A stretch of DNA of 64,000 bases from Elusimicrobiota bacterium (GTDB lineage Bacteria; Elusimicrobiota; Elusimicrobia; UBA1565; UBA9628). The DNA is taken from positions 1,317-65,316 of the forward strand of contig JANPGH010000072.1 of NCBI GenBank assembly GCA_031423795.1, in the 5' to 3' direction. Below, in pieces: positions 27,966 to 38,182 of this stretch (its first letter is position 1; every line of letters starts with the position of its first letter). Made by a program: the position numbers and the translations under genes. Below the pieces are notes generated by a model, which did no database searches, was not told where the DNA came from, and worked only from the letters and a program-made list of their open reading frames with translations.

Positions 27966-29156
27966 ATGGGACGCGTCGAAATTTTTCTCGGGTTGGGGAT
28001 CGCCGTTTTGTTGCGCGCCGGCTTCGCCGCGTACTCGTCGCGCCACGGGATGCAAATCCCCACTGACGTCGGTTCATTCGAGACGATTGCCCGCAACCTG
28101 CTCGCCCACGGTCAGTATGCGGTGCAATTAGGCCAGCCAACGGCGCTGCGCGAGCCGGGATACGTCCTTTTCATCGCCGGAATTTACGCCCTTTTCGGTC
28201 CCCATCCGTCGGCCGTCGTGGGGCTCCAGATCGCGCTTTCGGCCCTCACCGCCTGGCTCGTTTATACAGTCGCGGGGGGCCTTTTCGGCCCATTCTGCGG
28301 CCGCGCCGCGTTTTGGTTGACGGTATTCTATCCCTACTTCATTTATTACCCGACCTACTTCTTCCGTGAAACGCTGATGGGATTCCTCGTGATCGGCATG
28401 TTTTACTGCTATTTGCGCCGGGATTTCAGCTGGACGCTTCTGGCCGGACTCGCCGCGGCAGGTTTGGCCGTGACCAACGCCGCTTTTATTCCAGCGCTTT
28501 GCGCGGCGGCGCTCCTTTTCTGGAAATCATCGGCCGGAAGGGAACGTTTAATCCGAAGCTTGATCTATGTTACGCCCGTGCTCTTGGCGCTCAGCGCATG
28601 GACCATACGGAATTACCGGACGTTCGACGCCATGATCGCGGGATCGACCTTGGTCGGTCAGCAGATGTACATCACTTTAACGGTTCCCTACGAAATGCTC
28701 GGCGAAGAGGGGCAGGTCCGAATAACCGGCGCCGACGAGGTCTTCCGCCGCTACAGCAACGTCTCGGAAATCGAAATGAACCGGGAATTCTCGCGGGAGA
28801 GCCTCAAAATCGTCAAAAGGGAACCCCTCGCGTTCCTTAAAGGTTGCCTGACCCGCTTTATCAAAATTTGGCGGCCGCTCCCGCACCCGCGACAACCGGC
28901 CAACAACCTGTCGCTGATCCGGCTCCTGGCTTTACTGTCCGACGGATGGCTGCTTCCGATGGCGATCCTCGGTATCATCCGAGAGCGCCGCAATGCCACG
29001 GTTTTATACGGCGTGGCGCCGATCCTTTTCTTGGTGACTTTGACTTACTCGATCAGCAACGCGCCCATCCGTTATCGCGTTCCCCTGATGCCGTTGGCGC
29101 TGGTCTTGGCCGCGCGCGGGGCAACGTCTCTGTGGAGAAAAAATGAGAAAGCCTAA
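27966..29156 (+). CDS. ArnT/PMT-like GT-C membrane glycosyltransferase
   Basis: D...F...ARNL, REPGY, ETL, WTIRNY and IRYRVP motifs with multiple TM helices. Confidence 0.78.
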   Translation: MGRVEIFLGLGIAVLLRAGFAAYSSRHGMQIPTDVGSFETIARNLLAHGQYAVQLGQPTALREPGYVLFIAGIYALFGPHPSAVVGLQIALSALTAWLVYTVAGGLFGPFCGRAAFWLTVFYPYFIYYPTYFFRETLMGFLVIGMFYCYLRRDFSWTLLAGLAAAGLAVTNAAFIPALCAAALLFWKSSAGRERLIRSLIYVTPVLLALSAWTIRNYRTFDAMIAGSTLVGQQMYITLTVPYEMLGEEGQVRITGADEVFRRYSNVSEIEMNREFSRESLKIVKREPLAFLKGCLTRFIKIWRPLPHPRQPANNLSLIRLLALLSDGWLLPMAILGIIRERRNATVLYGVAPILFLVTLTYSISNAPIRYRVPLMPLALVLAARGATSLWRKNEKA

Positions 29157-29781
29157 AAAAGAAAGTTTTCGGTACATTTCCCCCGCGCCCGACGACCCGA
29201 CGCAGTTCTACTATAAGCCCATAACGAGCTATTTTTATTGGAAACGGTGCGAACTCGCCGCGAGCTTCATCACAAAAGGTCCCCCCGTGGCCCGATGCCT
29301 CGAGCTCGCCTGCGGAACCGGCGTTTTCTTGCCGGAACTCTCCCGGCATGCCAAAGAGATTCATGCGGTCGACATCGGAGCGGACTTAGAGGGCGTGAAG
29401 CACATGCTCGACCAGGAAGGTTTGAAGGTTCACCTGCAGAAGGCGGATATCTGCGCTTTGCCGTTCGCCGACGGACATTTCGACCTCGTCGTCGGCATGA
29501 GCTGCTTGGAACATCTCACCAATCCCGAGCTCGCTATTCGCGAGGCCAAAAGGGTCCTTGCTCCCGGCGGGACGGCGATTTTCGGCGTTCCCATCGAAAC
29601 GCCGGCGCTTAATCTCTTTTTTAAATCCGTCGGATTCGACCACGATGAGGGACATGTCGCTCAGTACGACGATGTCTTGGACATCGCCCGGAAGGTCTTC
29701 CCGAAAGTCGAGCCGGCGTGGTTCCCCCACATCCTCCCGATGTCGTGGGGGCTCTATCTCGTCTTGAAGTGCTCGCTTTAG
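29143..29781 (+). CDS. Class I SAM-dependent methyltransferase
   Basis: LELACGTG, AVDI, LPFADGHFD, LEH and RVLAPGG motifs. Confidence 0.9.
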   Translation: MRKPKKESFRYISPAPDDPTQFYYKPITSYFYWKRCELAASFITKGPPVARCLELACGTGVFLPELSRHAKEIHAVDIGADLEGVKHMLDQEGLKVHLQKADICALPFADGHFDLVVGMSCLEHLTNPELAIREAKRVLAPGGTAIFGVPIETPALNLFFKSVGFDHDEGHVAQYDDVLDIARKVFPKVEPAWFPHILPMSWGLYLVLKCSL

Positions 29782-30485
29782 GACACCCGCCGGCCCATCA
29801 AGATTTCCTTGATCAGTTGCCGAGTAAACTCGACGCCGGTGGGCCAAGAGCGCGCGGTGCTCTGGCCACCTAAGCGGGCGCTCTCGTAGGTCGCGATCTC
29901 GCCGATGCGTAGGCCGAGCTTCATCATCCGTATGGACATCAAATACTCGATCACAAAACCGTCGACGCGGCATTGGCAGCGGCGCAGCGCGTCGGCGCGC
30001 ACGGCCCGGAAACCGTTAATGGTGTCGGTCACGTAGGGGCCGCGATTCCAGATCACGTTGGCGAGAAGCGTGAATGCCTGGTTGACCCACTTCCTCAGCC
30101 GAATCGTGTGCTCGTCCTCCTCGTTGTGCGCGCCTCGGCACATCCGCGAGGCGACGACAAGATCGTATCCGCCCGTTTCCAGCTTCTCAAAAATCTTGGG
30201 GATATCGTTGGGATCTTCGTTGCCGTCCGGGCTAAAATAGCAGATCGACTCCGCGTCGGTCGCCTCTACAGCCACCTGAAACGCGCATCCCCGGCCGCGA
30301 CGCGGTTGGCCGATGACGCGCACACCTTTGGAGCGAAAATACTCGATGGTCCCGTCCTTCGATCCGCCGTCGACGGCGAATACGTCGTCCGCGGCGGAGA
30401 GAGGGATCTTGTCGAACACCTTCGGCAAAGCTTCGAACTCGTTGTAGGTCAGGAGAACTAAGGCGCGCTTCGGACGAGAGCTCAT
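29778..30485 (-). CDS. GT2 polyprenol-phosphate glycosyltransferase (DPM synthase-like)
   Basis: TYNE, VDGGSKDGT, SPDG, VASR and TDTINGFR motifs. Confidence 0.85.
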   Translation of the reverse strand: MSSRPKRALVLLTYNEFEALPKVFDKIPLSAADDVFAVDGGSKDGTIEYFRSKGVRVIGQPRRGRGCAFQVAVEATDAESICYFSPDGNEDPNDIPKIFEKLETGGYDLVVASRMCRGAHNEEDEHTIRLRKWVNQAFTLLANVIWNRGPYVTDTINGFRAVRADALRRCQCRVDGFVIEYLMSIRMMKLGLRIGEIATYESARLGGQSTARSWPTGVEFTRQLIKEILMGRRVS

Positions 30486-31498
30486 TATTGGCGTCCTTTC
30501 GAACTCTTTGCGCGGCGCGGCGCCATCTCGTGGGCGCGATACCAGGCGATGGTCTTGGCCAACCCCTCTTCAAGTCGCACCCGAGCCTCAAAGCCGATGG
30601 TGGCCTTGGATTTGGTCACGTCGCAATGACGACGGGGTTGGCCGGCCGGCTTAGAAGCGTCGAACTGGAGCTTCGCTCCAGTTCCTGCTAGACGCACGAT
30701 CATGGTTGCCAACTCAGCGACGGAAATCTCATCGTCGGCGCCGATGTTGATCGGGTCGGCCTGCGGGTATCTCGCGGCGGTCTCGAGCAAACCGCGGGCG
30801 AAGTCCTCCACATATAAAAATGAGCGCGTAGCCGCTCCGTCGCCCCACACGAGCACTGGGTTCTCGCCGTCGCACACGCGCTTGACGAGGGCCGCAATGA
30901 CGTGTGAGCGCTCTGTATCGAAATGGTCGCGGGGACCGTAGGCGTTGTAAGGCCGGGCGATCGCAATAGACATTCCGTATTCCTGGGCGTAGGCGCGGCC
31001 CATGTATTCCTGCATGCGCTTGGCCCATCCGTACCCTTCGTTGGTGATCTCGGGCTGGTCACGAAAGCCTTCGGTTTCCGGCGTGGGGATCGCGCAATCC
31101 CGCGGATAAACGCACGCCGAGCTGACGACGAGGTAACGACCGACTCGCGCCAGGCGAGCGGCTTCCATGACGTTGAGCCCGATCAGCATATTGTCGCGGA
31201 ACAGCGAGGCCGGATGTGCTGAATTCCAACCGACCCCTCCCACCGAGGCGGCCATATTGATCACGACGTCCTGCCCGCGGCAAAGCCGGCGCACCGCGCC
31301 GGCATCGTGCAGGTCCGTCGAAACGAGGCGGATGTCCTTGAGGACGGCGGCGAGATTGCGCCGTTTCGTGGCACCGGGATGGTCGGCGACCGTGACGCGG
31401 ACTTTCGATGAACCTCGGATTAGCTGTTCAACGACATGGCTTCCGATGAATCCGCCGCCGCCGGTCACCAGAACTTTTTTGCGATCCCAGTAGTTCAC
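30485..31498 (-). CDS. NAD(P)-dependent NDP-sugar epimerase/reductase (GDP-L-fucose synthase / ColC / GME-like)
   Basis: TGGGGFIG, AASVGG, SSACVYP, YGWAK, SHVIAAL and WGDG..TRSFLY motifs; GTG start at 31498. Confidence 0.85.
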   Translation of the reverse strand: MNYWDRKKVLVTGGGGFIGSHVVEQLIRGSSKVRVTVADHPGATKRRNLAAVLKDIRLVSTDLHDAGAVRRLCRGQDVVINMAASVGGVGWNSAHPASLFRDNMLIGLNVMEAARLARVGRYLVVSSACVYPRDCAIPTPETEGFRDQPEITNEGYGWAKRMQEYMGRAYAQEYGMSIAIARPYNAYGPRDHFDTERSHVIAALVKRVCDGENPVLVWGDGAATRSFLYVEDFARGLLETAARYPQADPINIGADDEISVAELATMIVRLAGTGAKLQFDASKPAGQPRRHCDVTKSKATIGFEARVRLEEGLAKTIAWYRAHEMAPRRAKSSKGRQ

Positions 31499-31505
31499 GC
31501 GAGTG

Positions 31506-31567
31506 AGCGTACCAATTCGTCCCGACCATTGGCGAGTTCGCAGCAACCCTCCCACGTGACGTATAAT
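31506..31567. promoter_or_regulatory. Divergent -10 boxes
   Basis: TGgTACGCT (-, hexamer 31511-31506) is 7 nt before GTG 31498; TATAAT (+, 31562-31567) is 21 nt before ATG 31589. Confidence 0.5.
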
Positions 31568-31588
31568 CTCTGCGCGTGGCACTTTAAA

Positions 31589-32755
31589 ATGACGGCACAG
31601 AACCTCGAATTGTCCATCGTGATCCCCGCGCTCAATGAGGAGCGCACGATCGGGCATTGCGTCGGCAAAGCCGGACGGGCGATCGCCGCCCTCGGGGACG
31701 CCGGGGAAATCATCGTCGCCGACAACGGATCGCAAGACGACACCCGAAAAATCGCGGAGAAGCTGGGTGCGCGTGTGGTCACGGTCGAAGGCAAGGGGTA
31801 CGGTCGCGCCTTGCGCGGGGGATTTTCAGCCGCGCGCGGCCGTTTCCTGATCATGGGCGACGCGGATGGCTCCTACGATTTCGAGCAGGCGCCCCGGTAT
31901 ATCGAAAAATTGCGGGAGGGCTTTGACTTCGTCGTCGGCAACCGCTTTCAAGGCGTAATCGAGCCGAATGCTATGCCCTTCCTTAACCGCCACCTCGGCA
32001 CGCCGGTGTTGACGGGTGTGATGAATCTCCTATTTTCGACGGGCATCGGGGACACGAACTGCGGCATGCGGGCACTAACCAAGGAAGCGTTCTCGCGCAT
32101 GGGACTTAAGGCCGACGGCATGGAATTCGCCACCGAGATGATCGTGAAGGCCTCACTTCTTAAAATGCGCATCGCCGAGGTGCCGTGCGACCTACATCGC
32201 GACCTGCGCGACCGCCCTCCCCACCTGCGGCCCTGGCGCGACGGGTGGCGACACCTGCGGTTCATGCTTTTATTTTCCCCCACCGGAACCTTCCTCGTGC
32301 CGGGCTTCGCTCTTTGCGCGCTGGGTGCGGCCGGCCTCCTGGGCATCACTGCGCGCGACATTTTCGCACCCGACGCCCTGAGCTGGTGGTTCGGTTCGCG
32401 GCATATCCTCACCTCGCTCCTTTTCTGGTTGATGGGAACCAATATCCTCGGCCTGGGCGTGGTCGCCCAAGAAGCCGATTACCAGGAGCGCTTCGACGGC
32501 GGCAATACCCTCGTCGCCTTTCTCCACAAGACGTTCAGCCTGGAAAAGGGCTTATCCATCGGAGCAGGATTGATATTGGTCGGGCTGCTCGCCTTAGTTT
32601 ATTTTCCGGTGTCGTTTTACACTCATTGGATGCCGAAGGGACCGGAAGCCCTGCGCCTGGACTGCGCGGTACTCGCGATCACCTTGGTGCTAACCGGGGC
32701 GCAGTGCGCCTTCACTTCGTTCGCGCTTGGTCTTTTCTACCTGCGGGTTAAATAG
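31589..32755 (+). CDS. GT2 polyprenol-phosphate glycosyltransferase with C-terminal TM helices
   Basis: SIVIPALNEE, ADNGS, GYGRA, GDADGSY, GMEFATEM and PWRDGWRH motifs; four TM helices. Confidence 0.9.
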   Translation: MTAQNLELSIVIPALNEERTIGHCVGKAGRAIAALGDAGEIIVADNGSQDDTRKIAEKLGARVVTVEGKGYGRALRGGFSAARGRFLIMGDADGSYDFEQAPRYIEKLREGFDFVVGNRFQGVIEPNAMPFLNRHLGTPVLTGVMNLLFSTGIGDTNCGMRALTKEAFSRMGLKADGMEFATEMIVKASLLKMRIAEVPCDLHRDLRDRPPHLRPWRDGWRHLRFMLLFSPTGTFLVPGFALCALGAAGLLGITARDIFAPDALSWWFGSRHILTSLLFWLMGTNILGLGVVAQEADYQERFDGGNTLVAFLHKTFSLEKGLSIGAGLILVGLLALVYFPVSFYTHWMPKGPEALRLDCAVLAITLVLTGAQCAFTSFALGLFYLRVK

Positions 32756-32757
32756 CC

Positions 32758-34155
32758 TCAGCGAGCGCGGCTGAGCTTCTCGTGGAGACGGTCCGCCGCC
32801 TCGAAGCCCATTTTCATCGCGACGTGGGTGTTCACGTATTGGAAGCGCCCCTGCCGGCCGGCCGTCTCCACATTGTCAAGCGACGCGAACGCGTCGGTTA
32901 AAGTCTTCAACGCCTTCTCATACCCGAGCAGGTACATCGGCTGGGCATGGCGGGTCCGGAATACCGTGGAGGAGACGACTTCCGAGGGGGCGAGGATGTC
33001 CTCGCGCGCCAAGTCCGCGACCACGGCGTCAACGGCCATCTTCTCGTCAGTCCAAATCCGATCGGTCGGGTCGCAGGTGACCTCAGCGACAAGCAGCGTC
33101 GTTCCTGGCGGGTCCATGTGGAAGCCGAAGTGGGCGAGGTCGGTGACCCGGTTGAACGAATGCTCGCGGAAATACATGAAGGACGCGCGCAACACCTTCG
33201 GACGGCTCACCTTGAGCCCCACGAAAACGATCGCCCGAAATCGCAATGCATTGGCTGCAACTTGAATTTCGTGTCCGAGGGAAGGTGAGAAGAATTTAGC
33301 GGCCTCATTGATCGCCAACGTATTCACGATCCCGGAGCAAGGAATGGTCTGCGTCTTCCCCTCGACCGTCACGTCGACACCTGTGACAAGGGAGTTCTCG
33401 CGCCGAATCCCCACGACGCGCGTCGAAAGGCTGAGCACCGCGCCTTTCTTCACGGCATCCTCGGCCATGCGCTCACAAATCATCGAGAAACCGCGTTTCG
33501 TCGTCCAAAGTTCCCCTTCGACCTTCTCGACGTAACCCTCAGTCTTCAAAGGATCGACCTTGCGGAAAATACGTTTCATCGCGTTCGCAATCCCGTCGAG
33601 AAACTCTAATAGATTAAAGCGCGGGATGCGCTCCTTGGCGAAAGACGGGGAAAAATCCGCGGGGGACACGCCCCAGACGCGTTCGATGTAGTCCTTAAAA
33701 AAAATCTTGTAGAGGACGTTTCCGTAATAACGGCGCAGTATGGTCTCGGAATTCTCGATGGACGGGACGACGAACATCCCTTTGACGAAATACCAGATGA
33801 AGCTGAAGCCCGCTCTCACGACCGTCGTCAGTGGCAACTTAAAAAGAACGTCGCGGATCGACAACGGGAACTTAAAATAGTTTCCCAGGAACTTGATTTC
33901 GATGGTGCGTTCGTAGGGAAGCAAGTCCGCGCCCATCAACCCCTTCACATCGGCCAAGATCCGGGCGTCGGTGGTGTGGAATATGTGCGGGCCGTATTCG
34001 TAGACGTCCCCGCCAAGCCGCACCCCGCCGGCCAGGCCGCCGACGTGATCTTCCGCCTCAACCACCAGAACTGAGAGCCCCACCTCGCGTAAACGCCGCG
34101 CGGCCGAAAGGCCCGCGCAGCCAGCACCCAGGACGACGATCGGCGGCTTGCTCAT
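32758..34155 (-). CDS. FAD-dependent oxidoreductase, UDP-galactopyranose mutase-like / HemY-like family
   Basis: GAGCAG FAD motif; YGPHIFHT and GRQGRFQY resemble Glf signatures; start 34155 overlaps the upstream stop. Confidence 0.75.
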   Translation of the reverse strand: MSKPPIVVLGAGCAGLSAARRLREVGLSVLVVEAEDHVGGLAGGVRLGGDVYEYGPHIFHTTDARILADVKGLMGADLLPYERTIEIKFLGNYFKFPLSIRDVLFKLPLTTVVRAGFSFIWYFVKGMFVVPSIENSETILRRYYGNVLYKIFFKDYIERVWGVSPADFSPSFAKERIPRFNLLEFLDGIANAMKRIFRKVDPLKTEGYVEKVEGELWTTKRGFSMICERMAEDAVKKGAVLSLSTRVVGIRRENSLVTGVDVTVEGKTQTIPCSGIVNTLAINEAAKFFSPSLGHEIQVAANALRFRAIVFVGLKVSRPKVLRASFMYFREHSFNRVTDLAHFGFHMDPPGTTLLVAEVTCDPTDRIWTDEKMAVDAVVADLAREDILAPSEVVSSTVFRTRHAQPMYLLGYEKALKTLTDAFASLDNVETAGRQGRFQYVNTHVAMKMGFEAADRLHEKLSRAR

Positions 34156-35255
34156 CCCTTCCAGCCTTTTACCTTCTCGACAATAAGGGATACGTCCGCG
34201 TCCTTGAGGCCGGGATGGATGGGCAGGCTCAACGCTTCTTCGTTTAACCTCTCGCACGCCGGAAGTTTCGCGTCAGAGCCGTAGATCTTATTCAAGTGCA
34301 AGGGATGGTAGCGCAAAGTCGTGTATACGCCGTTGTCGTAGAGATACTTTGCAAAACGATCGCGTTTACCTCCGCCGACGCGCACGCAGTAGGTGAAGAA
34401 TGAGTGCCGCGCATCGGAAGGCGCGTCCTGAGGCCGCGTCAGCCAGTCGAGCGAGGCGAATTCCTTTTGGTACGTCTCCCACACCTTCTTGCGAAAGGCC
34501 TGCATCGCATCGAGCTTGCGCAATTGGGCCAGGCCGATGGAGGCCGCGATGTCGCTGGGCAGCATCTTCGGGAAAAAATCGGTGACGTTGTACTCCCACC
34601 AGCGCTCCTTGGACGCCGACGCCTCGAAACCCGACTTGCCGATCCCGCAGTAGCGCAATTGCTTGGCGCGCGCCAATTTCGCCGGGTCCTTCGTCGTGAG
34701 TCCGCCGCCTTCTCCCATCGCCAAGTTCTTGACCGCGTCGAAACTGTAAATGCCGACCTCGCCGAGGCCGCCGCAAAGCTTGCCTTGCAGGCGCGAGTCT
34801 ACCGCATGAGCCGCGTCCTCGACGATCGGAAGCCCCAGTTCCGCGATTTCGTCGAAGCGCGCCGGGAGGCCCCCGTAGTGGACGACCATCACCGCTTTGG
34901 TCTTCGGCGTGCGCGCCCGCTCGATGTCGGCGCGGGTGACGTTGTGGGTGTCCAGGCTCACGTCGCAAAATACCGGGCGGTGCCCGCACAGCACGACCGC
35001 GTGCGCGCAGGAGATCCAGGTAAACGACGGGACGATCACGTCGGAGCCGGGCGGCAGGTCCAGCAGCTTGACAGCGAGATGCAGGGCGTTGGATCCGGAG
35101 TCTAGGAGAACGAAGCCGGGCAAGCCGCCGCGCTGCGCGAATTGGCTCTCGAAAGCCGCCGTTTTCGGACCGATGCCGATCCACTGCGCCTCAAGGCTGG
35201 TGCGGATTTCCTCCAGCTCCTCCGGGCCCATTTTCGAGCCGAATACGTTGATCAT
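34152..35255 (-). CDS. DegT/DnrJ/EryC1/StrS aminotransferase, SpnR-like sugar 4-aminotransferase
   Basis: EDAAHA; SFDAVKNL with catalytic Lys; MIN..., WIGIGPKT, SGF...RWW and GVYTTLRYHPLH recall SpnR (from memory). Confidence 0.88.
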   Translation of the reverse strand: MINVFGSKMGPEELEEIRTSLEAQWIGIGPKTAAFESQFAQRGGLPGFVLLDSGSNALHLAVKLLDLPPGSDVIVPSFTWISCAHAVVLCGHRPVFCDVSLDTHNVTRADIERARTPKTKAVMVVHYGGLPARFDEIAELGLPIVEDAAHAVDSRLQGKLCGGLGEVGIYSFDAVKNLAMGEGGGLTTKDPAKLARAKQLRYCGIGKSGFEASASKERWWEYNVTDFFPKMLPSDIAASIGLAQLRKLDAMQAFRKKVWETYQKEFASLDWLTRPQDAPSDARHSFFTYCVRVGGGKRDRFAKYLYDNGVYTTLRYHPLHLNKIYGSDAKLPACERLNEEALSLPIHPGLKDADVSLIVEKVKGWKG

Positions 35256-35256
35256 A

Positions 35257-35775
35257 TCACCCCTCCGAAATTTCGTACGCGACCGGCTTGAACTTCGTCC
35301 AGTCTAACTTGAAAATATGGTGATCGCCGCCATCGCCGGCGATCTTGAATCCGCACGCCTGGTAATAGCCGATCGCGGGATTGTTCTTGAGGACCAGGCA
35401 ACCGATGTCTTTCGTGAATCTATCCGCCGCGTAGGAACACATCACCGCCATCGCCGCCTTCATCAATCCCTTGCCCGCGCCACCGGGGGTTCCGATGATA
35501 TTGTAGGCGTCGACCGCGCCGCCCTTCTCCACGCGCATTCCCATGCACCCCGCTTTTCGATTTTCCTTTTCGACGATGAACATATAATCGTCGGGGCGCG
35601 CCCGGTACTTCTTATACCAATCCTGCTGCATGGATGGCGTGATCTCGCCTTTGAAGAAAAAGCCCGAACGGTTGGAGTTTTTCCAAGACCTCAGATCCGC
35701 GAGGTCGCTGACTTGGGCCGCGCGCAGGCTAACGCGCGGCTCAACCAAGGAGGTGAGCAGCAGGGGCTGGTTCAT
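35257..35775 (-). CDS. GNAT N-acyltransferase (PseH/RimL-like)
   Basis: LRSWKN, GKGLMK and VLKNNPAIGYYQACGF motifs; coupled to the aminotransferase. Confidence 0.8.
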   Translation of the reverse strand: MNQPLLLTSLVEPRVSLRAAQVSDLADLRSWKNSNRSGFFFKGEITPSMQQDWYKKYRARPDDYMFIVEKENRKAGCMGMRVEKGGAVDAYNIIGTPGGAGKGLMKAAMAVMCSYAADRFTKDIGCLVLKNNPAIGYYQACGFKIAGDGGDHHIFKLDWTKFKPVAYEISEG

Positions 35776-38165
35776 CGCGACGCTCCCCGTTGCAATACGA
35801 GCATCCCGGCATTGGAAAAAAATGAATCATCTCCGGGACGCAGCCCAAGGAATGTCGCCGCGGGAAATGCGGCGGCGGTCGCGTAACGAGCTTGGAACGT
35901 GGGGTCCAGGGCCGCCCAGCCGCGTTCGCTGACGACTATCCATTCTGGAAGTGCTACGCCGGCCAAGTCCTTGGGGGCCTCGAAAATCGTGAGCCGCATG
36001 CGATCCCAACGGAAATTCGGCGTGTGGGCCGGTTCGGGAAAGCGCAACAGACCGACGTTCGCGCCGCCAGGTATGTGTGCGTCGATCCAATCGGCGGCGT
36101 GGGTCTTGGTTGAAAACGCGCCGGCCTCGCGATGTAAATTAAGCAAATAGGCTGATGCGCGTGCGCCCGTTTCGGCCAGAGCCGCGGCGAGTAAAATCGC
36201 CCGCATCGGGCGTGGCAGTGCCGCGATAAGATCCGCCGCGAGGACGACCGCGAGGGCTACACCCGCGTAATGCAAACGCATCGAACTGGTCGACGCGGCA
36301 AACGAAGAAAAACGCCCAAGCACGAGGACTCCGCCGCCGAAGATCAAAATGCTGAGCAATCGCCGCTGCGAACCGGCGAACAATCCGCGGAGTATCCCGA
36401 GTGCTGCCAGCGAACCGAGGCCTATCCCGATTTCTTCCGGCACGACGCGGGTCACGAATGCGACTAAACCGCGCGTGCGCAGTGAAAAGCTCGACGGCGA
36501 ATAGACCATTAATTCCCACGCAAAGTGTTTTGGCGCAAATACCAGGAACGGATTGGTCACAACTATTACTCCCACGCCGGCGGCACACGCGCCTAACACG
36601 GTCCCCCAAGGTCCCTCACGGCGAATCAATCGCGCGAGCACCGGGAGACCGATCGCATACGACGCCGCCAAATTGCCCCCGGCCGCAGCACCCGCGCACA
36701 AACCGCAGAGAAGATAATCGATCCATCGCCCTTCTTCGACCGCGCGCAGTGCGCAATACGCCGCGGTGACCAGCCAGAACGCGGCGACCGGGTGGGGCTT
36801 GAGCACGTGCGAGTTGACCACGGCGACGGGAACCAGCGCCCACAGCAGTGCTGCCGCCGTCCCCGTTCCCCGACCGGACAGCGCTCGTCCGAGTTCAAAA
36901 AGCATCCAGACCAAGGCAAGATGAAAAAATAGCGTGTAAAGACGGCCGACCAAGTAGAGCCGAGCCATATCCCCCGGAACGGACAAATAATGTGCGAGGT
37001 CCGCAGTCACGACCACCAGCCGCACGACATGCGCCGCAGCGAGAACGGCTCCCAGCGGATAAATAAAAGCTCCGCCATATTGCGCGTATAGCGGCTCGAA
37101 TTCAAACCGCCACGGACGCATGCGTCCCAGGATGATAAACGATTTCTTTTCATCGGGATTGACCGTCTGCGTCAGCAAGGAGCGCGCCGAATTAATCAGC
37201 GGCGGTGGTGGAAACGACCAGCCCGCGGGAACGGTCACGCGGCCGACCACGGACGTGTTGGGCTCATCGGGGCGCATTTCCGCGTGCGAGCGCTCGATTT
37301 CGGCATAAAGTTTATGCCACTGTTCGGCCAGTTTCGTCGAAAAATCGGACGACGAGCGAATTTCGGGAGGAAGTGCGCGTAAACGCGCGACGCCGGGCAG
37401 CCCCCCGGTGATGCCTGTGAGTCCGGTTACCAGCGCCACTGCAAGTGCTGCGAAAAGTCCGGCCTCCGTGCGCCAGCCCCCGCGCTGCTTCTTCAAGCGC
37501 CACAATAGCCGCATGTACGCTGGCAGCAGTTTCCAAGCGTTCGCCTTCGAGGCCCCCCCAACGCGTGGCGCGTAGTGTATCGGCAGCTCGATCACCCGCC
37601 CGCCGGCGGCGAGTATTCCCACCAGCAGATCTTGTTGTACCGAAAAATCCTCGGCCGCGGAGCCGACGGCCATCGCGGCCGCGCGGTCATAGAGTCTAAA
37701 TCCGCTCGACGACTCCCGCACCGGCAAGTCCAATACCCGCCTAGTCACCATATTGAGCGCGCGACTTAAAATCTGCCTCAGTATCGGCATGTCCGCCGAT
37801 CCACCGCGGCAATAGCGCGATCCAATGATTAGTTCCGCATCGCCCCGCTTCCCCCAAAACCGTGCGAACTCCCCCGGATCGTGGGAACCGTCCGCATCGA
37901 GAAGCCCGACCCATGGAGCATGGGCGGCCGCGATGCCCTCTCTGACGGCGGACCCGAATCCGCGCCCTTTTTGGCGCATGACGATCGCCCCGTGCGAAGT
38001 GGCAACGGCCGCCGTGCCGTCCTGAGAGCCGCCATCGACGATCAGGATCTCGCCGCGAACGCCAAGCGTGCCCAGCACGGCTTTAATCCGAGGAATCAGA
38101 ACCGCGAGGCCGGCGGCTTCTTCGAGAGTGGGCATGACGATGGTCAGATCAGGGCGCTCGCTCAT
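35772..38165 (-). CDS. Fusion of a GT2 polyprenol-phosphate glycosyltransferase and an ArnT/PMT-like GT-C domain
   Basis: N-terminal TIVMPTLEE, VDGGS, LDADGSH, IGSRY, SSGFR; then NPDE and multiple TM helices; real start MSERPD at 38165. Confidence 0.83.
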   Translation of the reverse strand: MSERPDLTIVMPTLEEAAGLAVLIPRIKAVLGTLGVRGEILIVDGGSQDGTAAVATSHGAIVMRQKGRGFGSAVREGIAAAHAPWVGLLDADGSHDPGEFARFWGKRGDAELIIGSRYCRGGSADMPILRQILSRALNMVTRRVLDLPVRESSSGFRLYDRAAAMAVGSAAEDFSVQQDLLVGILAAGGRVIELPIHYAPRVGGASKANAWKLLPAYMRLLWRLKKQRGGWRTEAGLFAALAVALVTGLTGITGGLPGVARLRALPPEIRSSSDFSTKLAEQWHKLYAEIERSHAEMRPDEPNTSVVGRVTVPAGWSFPPPPLINSARSLLTQTVNPDEKKSFIILGRMRPWRFEFEPLYAQYGGAFIYPLGAVLAAAHVVRLVVVTADLAHYLSVPGDMARLYLVGRLYTLFFHLALVWMLFELGRALSGRGTGTAAALLWALVPVAVVNSHVLKPHPVAAFWLVTAAYCALRAVEEGRWIDYLLCGLCAGAAAGGNLAASYAIGLPVLARLIRREGPWGTVLGACAAGVGVIVVTNPFLVFAPKHFAWELMVYSPSSFSLRTRGLVAFVTRVVPEEIGIGLGSLAALGILRGLFAGSQRRLLSILIFGGGVLVLGRFSSFAASTSSMRLHYAGVALAVVLAADLIAALPRPMRAILLAAALAETGARASAYLLNLHREAGAFSTKTHAADWIDAHIPGGANVGLLRFPEPAHTPNFRWDRMRLTIFEAPKDLAGVALPEWIVVSERGWAALDPTFQARYATAAAFPAATFLGLRPGDDSFFSNAGMLVLQRGASR

Positions 38166-38182
38166 GGGCTTGGAAATAAAGT

